DNA of 64,000 bases from Antedon mediterranea (lineage: Eukaryota > Animalia > Echinodermata), in assembly GCF_964355755.1 (NCBI RefSeq), contig NC_092672.1:33734437-33798436 (forward strand). Reading direction: 5' to 3'. Below are positions 1 through 15,200 of the stretch, piece after piece. The position numbers were made by a program, and so were the translations under genes. The notes under the pieces were generated by a model. It saw nothing but the letters and a program-made list of their open reading frames with translations. It ran no database searches and was not told the DNA's origin. Each line of letters begins with the position of its first letter. Position 1 is the first letter of the stretch.

Positions 1-185
1 TCTTGTTAACATCGATTTTTTCACTCTATATGTCCGTGGGAAGAAAATGATACCAAAGAAGTTTAACTGTGGTGGGGGTGCACGGTAACCCCCCTCCAGC
101 CCATGGACTAGTGTGTCCCAAAGAAGGGGCTCGGTTGTTTCTTCATATGTTTTAATTAATTTTATCCATCAATTTTATTTTGCAG

Positions 186-231
186 ATACCTTGAAGAAAC
201 TATGGCCTACTTCCTTGGATGCCTTCGAAGG
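186..231 (+). CDS. MTOR: mTOR exon (window exon 1)
   Basis: [15 protein letters not shown]; tgcag/gtatta. Confidence 0.85.
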
Positions 232-3200
232 GTATTACATTTCAGTTATAAAAAAATGATTTTAGAAATTAAAAAAATAGAATGACAATATATTCCAACC
301 TTCTGTGAACAAAATTGAGAAGTGTACTTTTCGATTGCTGAGAAATTATCTCTTGAAAAATGTTTTAATTATCAGAAAACTTTTTTTGAACCGACAATTT
401 ATTATTTTTGCAGGAACGTGAGAGGTCGAGCGCTTTTCAAGCGCTTGGTTTACTTGCCGTGGCTGCTAAAGCAAACATTTCACAGGAAAATGTTCGCAAG
501 ATTCTAGATGTAATCAAGACGAGCTTGCCAAATAAGGAACACACTTACAAGTTAGTAGATATTGTCTAAATTTACATCATAAATTTATTTGATTTTACTA
601 TTATATGTGGCCATACAGCTCTGACATGTTGGGTCCGGTTGCGTTCTGGATGGGAGACCATCTGGGAATTGCGTCAGGTGCTGTATACACCAGAGAGTGA
701 TGGTGTAATGATAATTTTGGACTAGCATGTGATAGGCATGGGTTCGAGCCTATCTGTACCATACTGATTGTATCCTTATGCTTCACTCTCATTGCCTCGT
801 CCTTTAGGATGGATGTAAAGCTGTTGGTCCCATTAGTGCCCATTAAAGAACTTGCTACACTAAAAAAGAGTAGGGATTGTCTCCCGGGGTGCTGATCTGG
901 TAGGCGCTGCACTGCTGACTGCCGTGTGTCCATGTAGGGTTGAAATTTTCTGTTTCCAGTTATGCTTGAAGATCTTAATATATAAATTTACTTTTGTTTG
1001 CAGTCGAAAGCATAAGAGTACACCGGTAGACCCAGCTGTGTTTACTTGTATTAGTATGTTAGCCAAAGCAGTGGGAACTAGCATTATAAATGATATTAAA
1101 GATCTTCTTGAGCCTATGTTGGCTGTTGGCCTCAGGTATGTAACAATGTCTATGATATTAATAATAACAGTCACTGAATTTTAATATCTTTTCGTATGTT
1201 AATACACTATGCTCAAGTGGACCCAATTTGGCGCCAGGAGAGCACAGTGATATAAATAGAAATAAGTCACTGAATGTTAATATATTTTCGTATGTTAATA
1301 CACTGTGCTCAAGTGGACCAAATTTGGAGCCAGGGGAGCACAGTGATAAAAAATATAAATAAGTCACTGAATTTTAATATCTTTTCGTATGTTAATACAC
1401 TGTGCTCAAGAAGTGGACCCAATTTGGAGCCAGTCGAGCACAGTGATAAAAAATAGAAATAAGTCACTGAATTTTGATATCGTTTCGTATGTTAATACAC
1501 TGTGCTCAACTGGACCCAATTTGGAGCTAGGGGAGCACAGTGATATAAAATATAAATAAGTCACTGAATTTTAATATCTTTTCGTATGTTAATACTCTAA
1601 TAATAATTCGCAGTACTAGACTTACCATTTATTTTGTATCACCAGCATGTATATATTATACAGTATTTCTTTTACAATATTTCTATAAATGTAATCTAAA
1701 TAATCATAATAAACGGCAAAACATGCTATTTGATACAAAATTGGTTATGCAATAAGCCGAAGCTCTTAAACACATTACCCTTTAAATAATATCTAATAAA
1801 AGTAAAAATATCAAATATTGTTAACAAGGTATTTATAATTATTTGATAAATCACTGAGGCAAGAGTAACCTATGAATATACTATTATTAGACAACTAGTT
1901 TCCGCTGTAAACTTTTTGAAAAAATGTTGCGCATCTGAAATGTATCTTTACCATAGGCTTTGCTTCTTTTTATGTTTTTTCTGCCCATATATTAGAAGAG
2001 TTACATCATTGAATGGATTAGAAGCCATTTTTGTGTTCAAGATATTGCTCGCTCCTTGCATGCTCTATGCATGCACGTTTAGTTTGTACAGCGATTCTAT
2101 AGTTAAGGCAATGTTTTTAAATTTTTTTTAACAAAAACATTTGAACAAATGCATTGTTTTGATATTAAATTCAATAGTTAAAGCCTTTTTATAACAAAGG
2201 ATTAACTCCCTACACTCTACATATTGTAGGAATAGTTGGACACAAAGATGGCTGGTTATGTACCACATGACTTTCTAAAATCTGTTACGGAATGTCATAA
2301 CTCTTTATATGGCTCGGCTCCTGCCTACTATGTGATATTAGGACCTACCTTTTGTCAGTCCCTATCAATGTTTAGAGAAATAACCTGAGAGATTATGTAC
2401 AGTAAGCGATGGAACGGAAATTAAATCTATAGGTTTTGTTTATATTTTTGTATAGTCCAGCGTTGACTGCATCATTACACGATTTGGCTCAGAAAATACC
2501 AAACCTCAAAAAGGATATTCAAGATGGCCTACTGAAAATGCTGTCGTTAGTTCTGATGAATAAACCACTGAGACATCCTGGCACTCCTAAGGGTTTTACC
2601 TCTCCGCCAACAATAAGTAAGCCATACTACTAAGCTACTGTATATGATTGTAGTATACAGTAGTACAGTAGTTGAGAATTTCTGTTATTTATACAATCAG
2701 TGCAATAGGAGACCTACTAGATAGTGATTAAGTTCGGTTTTTAGGAAACCTGTCTCTGCCTGGTTTTGTGTGATGTTTTCTTGTTCTTTGTCCACAAAAT
2801 TTTTTTTATTTAACGGGACAATACATTTTTAATATAATTAGTAGTTCCTTAATAACCTTTGGTTTTTATTGTGTAGATCCCTCCAGCCAACCAGAAAGCT
2901 TTGACAGTAGCAGCATGGTCCTGGCTCTACAGACACTTGGTACCTTTGACTTTGAGGGTCATTCGTTGACCCAGTTTGTGCGCCACTGTGCAGATCAGTT
3001 TCTGGCGTTTGAGCATAAAGAAATTCGAATGGAGGCAGCTCGGACTTGCTCACAGTTGTTACAGCCTTCAATTCATGTAAGATTGTTAAAATATTTTGTC
3101 TATTAAAGATGTATTTTTTCTTTAAAACATGAAGATAAATTACTATCAGACTTAGGTTATTTTGTAGTTTTAATAAAGTTAATCATTTTTTTAGAAAAAA

Positions 3201-6200
3201 AAACGAAAAAAAAACCATGTTTTCACTTATAAAATAACACAATAAATGGTTAAATTCAACCAAAAATCCATTGGCTGGCAGCCAATTTCACCATTTGTTC
3301 AGGTAAATAAATTTTGTTCAGATCCATTTCCATGGACAATACATCTTTAATACATATTTGAGAACTAGGTAAAAAATATATATGATAAAAAGTATGGTAT
3401 TGTCACTCAATAAAGTAATAACATAATATTAATATCGTTATCTTGTTATTTCAGTTTCGGGGCTCGCGTCCTCCACACTCTATGAGTACCACAAACACCC
3501 AAGTTGTTGCTGATGTTCTTAACAAGCTTCTCATGGTTGCTATTACTGACACAGGTATGTAAATTTGTATGTTAATTAGTATGTAAATTTGTATGTTAAT
3601 TAGTATGTAAATTTGTATGTTAATTAGTATGTAAATTTGTATGTTAATTAGTATGTAAATTTGTATGTTAGGCCAAATAAAAAAATATACTTGTTAAGCG
3701 TCACACCCTCATAAATTTTCAGGGGCGGGGGGGGCGGTTTTTTTTTTTTTTTTTTTTACTTTTTATAGAGGTATATTTTTGCGCGGTGGACGTTTTTCCC
3801 CACTTTTTTTAGGACGAAACGTCAAACTTTTAAAATGCGAAACAGAACAAAAGTGACTATGTATGAAATATTATTGCTTATGACAAAATTGAGTTTTGTA
3901 TTGTTTATATCCAGACGTAATTAAAACATTAAATTTAATTGCCACCAAGCAAAATTGTAGGCCCTAGGCTAACTAATCCGTCCAAGCTGCTACCCCCACC
4001 TCACTCATCGGCCATCCGCCGTCTCTCGCTCGACTCATCTATCCAGGAAATTCCCTATCGTGAGAAGCATGATTTGGTCTCAATAATACTAAATAGTGGG
4101 CTGATTTATAGTTTGAAAACAGCTTACGGCATTCTTAAGTGAATTTTTATTCAACGTATTCATTCTTCTTTGATGAATCCTTTGCCAATTGCTGTGTAAA
4201 TCAGTATTTAAAGTTGTGATGCAAAAAGTGTATGTAATTATTCCACAGGTAAACCAGGCATAAGGAAACCCATCGCCCAACAGGACCTCGTGGTGTGCCG
4301 ATCTCGAGCGCGAGATCATCGTAAACAAAATTGGTAGAGTCCATTATGTATGGGGTGTTTCCTATTTACGAACCTATAAAAAAACGCGCTTTGACCACTC
4401 TGTAGGCAAAATATTTATTTCGTTAAATCCCTAAATTGATAATCGCGTATTCTGTAATCACGTGACTGATGATGTAATCCTCAGCGACGTACTAAATGCA
4501 CATGATTTAATGTGTTGGGGAAAAAGCTTGCTGTTTACCACATTACATGATTCACGGTGCTATTCGCGTTTCCTTGACGTAAATCGGCGGCGTGTAAATG
4601 AAACAATTGTTTTCACCAAATTGCCGTTGTCGACATCGGCGATCGGCGGCTAGCGTTGTCTAAGCTAAAAAGTACGTATTTTTCAAAAATTACACTAGCC
4701 TAACAAACATTTGCTAGTTTTGAAATTTTCAAATAGCAATTATGAAGAATCTACTAGCAAAATGCTAGTTTGCTAGCGTGAATTTCGAGCCCTACTCTGG
4801 AGCTGGGCCGGGCCGCTGAACTTTCCGTTGTATATCGGTAAAAAAAAAATAAAAATAAAAAGAGAGGCGGCTGGATAATCAGGAGCGGGCGGTGACGCTT
4901 AACAAGTATGTTTTTTTATTTGGCCTTAATTACAGTAGTATGTAAATTACATTTCTGTTTGTGTCTTTTTTTTAAGTTTAAAATTTTTTATTTTTTCTAA
5001 TAAGGGCTACTTGAATCAAATTTGATAATCTTTCAGATCCTGACATCCGTTATTGCGTTTTAGCATCACTTGATGAACGATTTGACGGGCACCTTGCACA
5101 GGCTGAGAACCTTAGCGCCCTCTTTGTTGCGAAGAACGATGAAGTGTTTGAAATTCGTGAGCTTGCCATGTGCATGATTGGTCGCCTTAGTAACATGAAC
5201 CCTGCCTTTGTCATGCCCTCTCTTAGAAAGACGCTTATTCAGGTATTCTCAATGACTTATATCCCTATATGAATAATGGGACAGTCGAGGCATTCTATTG
5301 TATAAAAGAGGCTTACAACTGTATAGAAAGTTCCATTTTTAAGCGGTTTGCCATTATTGCATCTATACATTTAAGTATCCTACAGATATGAACACTATTG
5401 TATTCAAAAGCATGAATATATACATTTTTTCTCTTGCTTATATCCTAATGCTTTACTATAACAGATACTGACTGAGCTTGAGCATAGTGGTGTCGGACGT
5501 AACAAGGAGCAGAGTGCCAGGATGTTAGGTCATCTTGTGTCAAATGCGCCTCGGCTTATACGACCTTATATGGAGCCAATAGTCAAGGTATAGAATGAAT
5601 TATGCACCACTAGTAATTCTCCAAAAATGTGTAATTTTTTTTTATAGTAGAAATGATTTTTGGACAATTATGACCATATGAACGTTTCAGAGAATGTTGT
5701 AGGAGAGCTTGGCTATACACCGCTATGAGCACTCACTGGCTAAACTCCGTGCCCAAGAGTATGAGCAGCCCCAATGCAACTATGTAGCGTTGGAGGACCC
5801 CTTATGAGTGCCAAAGGCAGAAGTTATGCCACTGTGGAAGAGTTAAGCCTTTTTTAAGCTCTGTCTTTACCTTATAATACTGCATTCAAATCAAATATAG
5901 TACGCTTTTATAGTATGTTGTGGTCAAGAAATCTTATAATGTAATTTACATTCACAGGCTTTGATACCAAAACTAACTGAATCTGATGCCAACCCGAACG
6001 TAGTCATCAACGTCTTGGCTGCGATTGGTGAATTATCGCAGGTAAGGCAGAGATAACTTAAATTGCACCAATCAAATCATGTGTTATCATAAAATTGTCA
6101 AAAAATTAGTAGATTTAAATAGTCTTAAGTAGAAATAGCTCTATTTTTAGTAACCATAATAGTTTTTTAGTAGACCTTTTTATCTCGCCTACTAAGGATT

Positions 6201-9200
6201 TTAAGTCAAAGATGGAATGACCACTTCCCAGCTATATAAAATAGATAGTTGATTAATAGTTACTGGCTATTAACAATTGGTTAATAGACTATTGATAGGT
6301 CATTGGTAGCCCTTGTATAGCTATAATAAGTAGACAATAGATATGATACTTATAGATTTCTAATAGCTATCTGGTAGTCCATATCTATCTATTGTATAAA
6401 ATAGATTATGTCTATTAATAGGTTGCTGGTAGCCCATTGTATAGTTATTATAAGTAGACAATGTATACAAAATGTGTTACTCAAAGATTAAAAATAGTGA
6501 AAAATCTATCTTATACTATTATAGTGGGGGTTTTGAATTATGCTAATGAGGTAAAACCTATTAGGAACTATCTAAAATCTAGCTAAAATCTACTTATTAG
6601 TAGGTACTTAATAGGTAGAGGTATATCTATTAAGACTTTTTGTTATAGGAATTAGCAAATGGTAGAAAATTCTTATGAAATGTACAGGTCAAATTAACAA
6701 TTGTTTGATTGTTTTATCTCAGGTTGGTGGAGTTGAAATGAGAAAGTGGGTTGGTGAGCTGTTGCCAATTATTATAGAGATGTTACAAGATTCATCCTCT
6801 CTTAACAAAAGAGAAGTAAGTATATTGCGGAGTTGAACCCTATTAATGGGACACTGTTGACACCCATCAAGATTCATCTTGGCTAAAATGGGTATCAGTC
6901 CCTTTAATAGGGAAGCGGCGTTCTTCTATTAAGTTGCTGCCTTCAACAAGCTGAATATTTTTCAACTATGCCTGCTAGAAGGCCTGCTAGAAGGCCTACT
7001 TTTAAGTATTGACTGTGACAGTGGCTGTGTGTGTACTAGTACACCAGCTAACCTCCTACTCATCACGAAAGATGTACTAGGTTCTTTAAAGTGCACATGA
7101 ACCAGATGTGTACACTGGACCTACGGTTTATAATCCGAGAAGGCCTGCTAGAAGGCCTGCTAGAAGGCCTACTTTTAAGTACTGTGACAGTGGCTGTGTG
7201 TGTACTAGTACACCAGGTAACCTCCTACTCATCACGAAAGATGTACTTTGTTCTTTAAAGTGCACACGAACTAGATGTGTACACTGGACCTACGGTTTAT
7301 AATCTGAAAAGACTTGGAGAACCATGAAGCAATTGTGAGCCTCAAACCCTTGCTGATGTTATGGCTGGATTACGGTTCCACTGTCTGCGCACTGTGATTT
7401 GTACTGATCTGAATAGAACATCTGCAGTTTAACTAAATCAACCATAATTGTAATTGTTATACTAATGGAGCTTAATTATTAAACCAAACAGGTTGCCTTG
7501 TGGACGCTGGGTCACCTGGTTGAGAGTACAGGTTATGTTGTGGACCCTTACATGAAATATCCTAACTTACTGGACGTACTGCTCAACTTTCTGAAAACCG
7601 AACAATCTCCAAACATCAGAAGAGAAGTAAGTCATGTTTGTGTATCATTAGGTGCACTAAAGCTCTGTTTACACTATCAAATTATTTTGCCAAAAAGGTG
7701 TGATATGCCTAAATATTGTGATATGACATCATCATGTCCATATATGGACACATTTCCACTTTTTGTCACATAAAGTTTGATAGTGTAGACAGGGCTTAAG
7801 GCCAATTTACATAGACGAGCTGTAGCGGTAAGTGGTAAACAAATATATAGAATCTATATTGCTATTTCTTATGACTATTTACAAAAAAGGAGAAACCAAC
7901 GAGCGGTTGAGCGGAAAGCGGATAGATACAGATTCTGTGAAAGTTGGCTTTAGTGTGTATTTCCTCTGAATTACCCATTTTACCTGTTTGCATTTCTGAT
8001 TCTCTAGTGTAAATTTCTTTTTATTCTTCTCAATAGACTATAAGAACGCTAGGCCTGCTCGGTGCGCTTGATCCTTACAAGCATAAGCTGAACTTGGGTA
8101 AAATGAACCAGCCCGGTGAGACGTCTGGAGCAGTGCTTAGCCTCTCAGACACCAAGACTAATCAGGATGGTATGCGAGATTTTTTTTGGGAGATTTTAAA
8201 ATGGTTTTGAAAATAGAGGTGTTTATGGAGATTATGAGAATGATCATTGGTGGCATAACGGCTATGATCGCTCACTGGCTAAACCCAGGGCCCCAGAGCT
8301 CAAAGGGCCCAAGAGCTCAAGGGGCCTCAGAGCTCAAAGGGCCCAAGAGCTCAAGGGGCCTCAGAGCTCAAAGGGCCCAAGAGCTCAAGGGGCCTCAGAG
8401 CTCAAAGGGCCCCAAGGGCCCCAGAGCATGAGCAGCCTAATGCAACTACACAGTGTTAGAGGGCCCCTTAGGAGTGCTTAACCAGGGACTTTGCCCTGTC
8501 TTACACCACTGATGATACGGTACACAACACTTAATACAAATGGATGTATAGAATTATTGAGAATGTACATTGTTCATACTGATTGATACTGATATTAATG
8601 TAGATTGTACAACAACAGTAATATTAAATTTTCCATTGAAGTTTTTACACAATTAGATTAAAGCTAGTTTTAGAACAAAACTTTAAACTACTACAATAAT
8701 TTTACTTCACAGGTGAATACACAACTAGTGAGATGCTAGTGAGCATGGGTAGTGGCTCCCTGGAGGAATTCTACCCAGCTGTTGCCGTGGCAACATTGAT
8801 GCGTATAATGCGTGACTCGTCATTGGCCAGTTACCATAAACATGTGGTCCAAGCTCTTACATTCCTCTTTAAAACTCTAGGTGTGAAGTGCGTTCAGTTT
8901 TTACCGCAGATCATGCCTACGTACCTTAGCGTGATACGCACGTGTGATTCCGGTATACGAGAGGTAAGATGCTATCAATCAGTATTATTTAATTTTGAGG
9001 AAAATTGTTTTGTTTTTATAATTACTTTATTTTTTTTTTTTTAACTGAAATGTGTGAAAATAGCTTGACCAAGATCTTCCTATTTTGATGTACAGCATTA
9101 GACATAACTTTATTAATATTAAATTACTTTACTGTAGTATACCTATTTTAGTAATAGTGTCCCCTTAATTATTTAACTTTAGCTTTGTCTACAAACTTTA

Positions 9201-12200
9201 TGAAACAAAAAAGTTTGATGTGCCCATATATGGACACTATTACGTCATATCACTACCATATTTTGGCAGAGCACACTTTTTTTGCCAAACTATAGTTTGA
9301 TAGTGTGGACAGAGCTTTACTGTATTATGTAGGCTCTACAGATAGAACTAGTTAACTGCACAAGTGTGAATATAATATTAGATCCTTTGTTTGTTTGTTG
9401 TAATAGTTTTTACTACAACAACTTGGAATGATGATCTCAATTGTAAGACAACACATCAGAAATTATCTGGATGAGATATTTGCTCTAATTAAGGTAATCA
9501 ATTTTCAAATTCTTTTCGATTGGTCTGTTACTAATACTTTGTGAAAGATATGTCGGACAAAATGGAAACCAAGAATATTGCCGTCTAAAGAAATGTTTTA
9601 TTTTGTAGGAATTCTGGACGCTAAACAGTTTGATTCAGAACACCATCATCTGGTTAGTGGAGCAGATAGTGATAGCATTAGGTGGAGAGTTTAAGCTTTA
9701 CTTGCCTCAAATTGTGCCACAGATGCTAAAAGTCTTCACTCATGACAACAGTCCTGATAGAAAAGTCACAAAAACGGTTTGTACAAATTTATTTAAAAGA
9801 TGGATGGTCCTCTAAAAACATGAAAAATGAAGGTTAAAAAATGAACCGAAAAAAAAAAAGTGTCGCTTATGAAAATAAAATGTTAAATTTCATTCATTAA
9901 TTCCTTTCTTTTTCTTTAAATTACAGTTTTTTCATGTAAATAATGTTGTTTTCTATCCTATATTTAGTCAAAGTGAATTACTATTATGTGACATTAAAAT
10001 TTTCTTTAATCCACCTGCCTGCAGTAAAAAACTCTTCTTGACGAAACTGCCTTGACACGCAAGTTATTTTATGTATGGATTACAATACATGACCTCTATC
10101 TCATTAACTTGTTCCACAGTTACTCGGTGCAATGCAGAAATTTGGTGCTAACTTAGATGACTATCTTCATCTACTTCTTCCTCCTGTTGTTAAGTTGTTT
10201 GACTCTAATGAGGTTCCAATGGAAGTTAGAAGGTGAGTGCATCATTTTTGTCATCATCAAATTTGTTGCCACCTGAAGACTAAAGGAAAATTTACTCAAA
10301 CAAGCGGTAAACGATAATAAAAATATAGAATCTATGTTATTCCTTATGACCATATACACACAACGCGGAGCAGTTTCTGCTGAGAATAGGTAAAGATTCT
10401 ATGTATGACAAGCTACCATTACCACTCGTCTACGTAAATTGCCCTTAAGTCTTACAACTCCAATATAACTGCCAAAACGTCATTAAATCAAATTCTGTTT
10501 TATAGAATTGTTTCTATATTGGATTAATGGAGCTTCATATTAAACCAACTAGGCCTTGTGGAGACGGAATCACGTCGTTGAAAATATAACTTATTTCATG
10601 GAGCTTACTTAAAATATCTTTTTGTTTTTCCAGAACGGCTTTGGAGTCTATAGATCTACTCAGTGACACGCTTGACTTCACAGACTTTGCTTCCCGTATC
10701 ATACACCCGCTCGTACGAACTCTAGACTCAAACCCGGCGCTGCAAGAGGCGGCTATGGAAGCCCTGTCATCTCTGGTGCTTCAGCTTGGCAAGAAGTATC
10801 AGATCTTTATACCAATGGTGAATAAGGTTTTAACCAAGCAAAAGATCATGCACCAGACATATGATATCTATATCAGTAAGATCATTCAGGTGAGATCATA
10901 CAGATATATTTAGCTGACCCCTTAACTTGTTCATTTTTATGCAATCCAAGTTACAATACCTCCTTAAGTTACCTCAATATAAGTCACACCCCTTAACTTA
11001 GTAGTGTATTATTACATTTTAAGTGTGTATATTACCTCTGTAAATAGACTATAAATATTGACAATAAAGTTGAGGTGTAATAAGAGCCCAACACGAGACT
11101 ACTGTATATGCCGACACGAAGTTCATAGTTTGTACTATCATGGAGCAACAATGCTATAGATTTATTAAAAATGAGATTTTGAGAAATTGTATTCATCTTT
11201 TTTCCATAGGGGTCAACGATCTCCGAAATAGATGATTTAGCAGTTCTTCGAGCACAGGAACAAAAAGGAAAACGTAACAGAAATCAGTCAAATAGAGGAA
11301 TGGAGCCAGTGACAATAAAGAAACTACCAGTTAGTTCAAGCAACTTGACAAAGGTATTGGAAACCATATATTATGTTATTTATCTGATTATATAATAATT
11401 ATAGTTGTTTAACTGAATTTTAACAGGGTTTGCAGCATGTGTTTAAAGATGAGTAGAGGGTTTCCCCTGTGTTACTATACACACAGCCACTGTCACACAC
11501 AAGACAGTTATCATAACTCATCATGATTGTCCGCATACGCTGTTTAGGGTCACCCTTTATACAAATTATATATTTTTTAAGTTATTAATTTAACCTTTTT
11601 TTTAACCAGGCTTTTACAGCTACTCGCCGAGTGTCGAGAGATGATTGGATGGAATGGTTGAGACGTCTTAGTGTTGAATTACTTAAGGAATCACCATCGC
11701 ATGCATTGAGGTCTTGTCATGATTTAGCCCAGCAGTACAATCCGCTAGCAAGGTCAGTGAAGCGTGTCAATGAAAATCATGCTTCCCCATCTTTCAGATC
11801 ATAGAGATACAATATCTTAATGATCAGAAATTGTGCTCTAAAATGTACCTATCAAATAGCCTATAACATTTTTCTTGCAGCCCAAACTGCCAAAATCACG
11901 GAAGTTTTAAAAAATATATGATTTATTTACTTGTTTGTTTAATATTTTTATTGTTTCTCTTTCTCTCATTTACAATGAAAAAAAAAAGTGTGAAGAAAGA
12001 GACTAAAATAAATTAAGTTTGGAGAAAAATTTAAATTCTGGTCACCAGATTAAATTTTTTTTTAAATAAATAAAATATTGAAGGTATTGTTGCCAGTTTA
12101 CAAGAACAATTAATAATATTAAGAAACAGTAACAGCCATATGCTGAAACCCAGAGACGTGGTTTTACTATTACAAATTATTATTTATTCAGAGACCTATT

Positions 12201-15200
12201 CAATGCAGCATTTGTGTCATGCTGGTCAGAGCTCACCGAACAAGATCAAGATGTGTTGATACACAACTTAGAAAAGGCATTGACCTCACAAGACATTCCA
12301 GAGATTACACAAACTCTACTCAACCTGGCTGAGTTTATGGAACATTGTGATAAGGTATTTACTCTCTGTCCAATCACAAGTTCGTACAGAAGCATCGATC
12401 GCGTTGTGATTGGTCAATTTATTTGCAGTGTACTTTCCGTTCTTGTTTTGTGTCTTAAGTGAACTTAGGCAAGATACTATACTATCATTACCTCATCCTT
12501 CAGATGGGAAGTAAAGCTGTTGGTCCTGTGTGTACATCCTTTTAAATGTGGTATAATATTGGAAAATAATAAGGGATCGTCTCCCAGTGTGCTGGCCAAT
12601 ATAAAGAAAAAACACTGTATATATTATGTTACATATATTTTCTACTTGTTTAAGCTGTGCTTCTGAGATTCCCACTTTCTATTCTTTTTTTTTCTCTTTG
12701 TAATATGCTTATTTATGTATGTTTATGAATGGAAATAAAGAAGGAAACGAATGAAAAAAAAACTTCTTTAAAAACTTGTTCAACTGCCCTTTAATTAAAA
12801 ACAAACATTTATTTAATCATCAACATGTGGTGTCCATAAGCGATAACTGTATACAGTCAATAACCACCATATGTGATATAGTATCACGGTTAGTGTACAA
12901 GGACCAGTACCAGTAAACCCTTGTCAAGGCCTGTACTTCTTCTATCATACTTTATTCATCTTTGCAGGGCCCTCTGCCTCTCGATACTACATTACTAGGT
13001 GAGAGAGCGTCTAAATGTCGAGCCTACGCTAAAGCACTTCACTATAAGGAAGAGGAGTTTCATAAGGAAGCTAAACCTGCTATATTAGAGTCACTGATAA
13101 GGTAATGCTAACGCCAGCTCTTGGTCATACATAAGATAAGATAATATTTATTGGTCCATCATAAAATATGTTGGAAATTCATTTTCCAAATGGCGTACAC
13201 ACAAAATAAAAATTACAAATATAATATATAAAATTTAAAAAATGTACTTAAAAATTGGCGAACTTTATTATTATTCATTAAAACTTGTTTTGTGGTGTGA
13301 GCATGTAATGTGTGATGTATATCATATTAAATGCTGTTCGATTAAAGTCGATATTTAGTACATATATTGGTTTTTTTATCTTGAGGATTTTTTATGAATC
13401 ATTTTTAACATTGTGTTAGGTGCTATATTAGACTACCATTGTTACTATGTTTCTTTTACTTCTTTATAGCATTTACAACAAACTGCACCAACCAGAGGCA
13501 GCACAAGGAGTGTTACAATATGCATCAAAGACACTTGGTTCTGAAATGGTAAGTCCTCCACAGACCTTTCTCAACCTTCCACAATACTCGCATCGGTTCC
13601 CGGTATGATGATTTCCTTCTAATATTGTATTATTTCTGATAGACATGTCAATATAAGACAATAAATTTCAAATTGTCTTGTTTTTTATTTTTCAGCAAAG
13701 ACAAGAAACCTGGTATGAGAAACTTCACCAGTGGGAGAATGCGTTAGCAGAGTGTGAAAAGAAACAACAGCAAAACCTGGATGACATGGAACTGATGCTA
13801 GGCAGGATGAGGTGCCTAGAAGCATTAGGAGAATGGTAGGTTGTTTTTCAATACCAACATAACAGTTTATAAAATCCTCTGCTTAGACATACATTAAGTT
13901 ACATTGTACACAAAAATAAAAATAAGTAAGTCAATAATTATTCATTCATTCAAAAGATGAACAATAATGACAAATTAAGATTAAAAAAATAATAATAGAC
14001 AAAGAGATGAACAATAATGACAAATTAAGATTAAAAAAAATAATGGACAAAGGCAGATGATCTTGTGGCGAGATTGAGACAAGTTAACATTTATATATAT
14101 TTTTTATAACAAACAAATAACAAATGAAGATGTATGCCAGTAAATAAGAATTGTAAAAATATAGTAAAATTGATGAGCAAAAAAAAATGACCTTGCAAAA
14201 TGAAATTTTGAAACATCATCATTTTTAATTCTTATTTTGTAATATTTAATTGTAGGGGTCAACTTCATGACATAGCATGTGCCAAATGGTCAGAGGTCAG
14301 TGACGACTACCGTCAGCGTATGGCGCGCATGGCCGCCGCAGCTGCTTGGGGTCTCAACCAATGGGAATCCATGGATGAGTATGCATGTATGATACCAAGA
14401 GATACATACGATGGCGCGTTCTACCGAGCCGTGCTTGCCGTTCACCAGGACCACTTTGCACAAGCCCAACAGGTATGATTTACGTATTATTGATTTTCTA
14501 TCTTGACCTAATTTACATAATTATGTAATCTAAAATTTCTGGAGATTATCAATCATTACTACATTCATCCAGGTCTTTAATTTATTACTCCACTCGCTGA
14601 TAAAGGTAGTCTACCGAAACATGTTTCTGTATAGTGTTTGTTGTTTAAGCTACCAATCAATTTTTATAATGGAATTAGCGTCAAAACTGTTTCTTTAATT
14701 GATTTTTCTGTCTAATTGATTTTATTTATTTGTATTTTTTATGTAATAATAAAATAATATAACTTATTATTAAGACTAGAAATGTTGAATGTGAATTTAA
14801 TTGAATTAAAAAAATTATTTAACTCGTAAAAAAGATAAAATGAACAGCCAAAAAATTGCCTAAAGTCGTAAATTTTGTTCAAATCGAGAAAATCGCAACA
14901 TTGTGAGTCAGCCGAAAGATTTGCAGTTTTAAAAGAGTTACAGAAAAGCAATACTACCAATACAAAAAAAAACATATTGAGAATTACAACAGAGCTAATG
15001 GTGCCATGGTTGATGTTCATAAACTGGTTCCAGAACGCCAAAAGCACACAATTCCCCTCCCCATTCCCCCCATATAACATAAATACATAAACAATTTTTT
15101 TTATTATTGTATATTTGATTTAATATTTAAACGATTAAACTTTAGACCCTTTTGACACTTCCTTCCCATTGCTAATTTAACCATTATACTAGAGACAGTC

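Noticed and set aside
1170-1595. CRISPR-like array
   Set aside because: Whole units are repeated with no unique spacers, in a eukaryotic intron with no cas genes.
8186-8431. ORF with GPQ/GPK repeats (collagen-like)
   Set aside because: Translation of a 17-bp minisatellite within an intron.
13604-13638. C/D box snoRNA (ATGATGA...CTGA)
   Set aside because: The boxes are only about 25 nt apart, with no terminal stem or recognisable guide.
14596-14627. Penelope-type minimal hammerhead ribozyme (ctgataa-aggtag/ctacc-gaaacatgtt)
   Set aside because: The core G8 is mutated and no stem I partner is found; at most a dead remnant.
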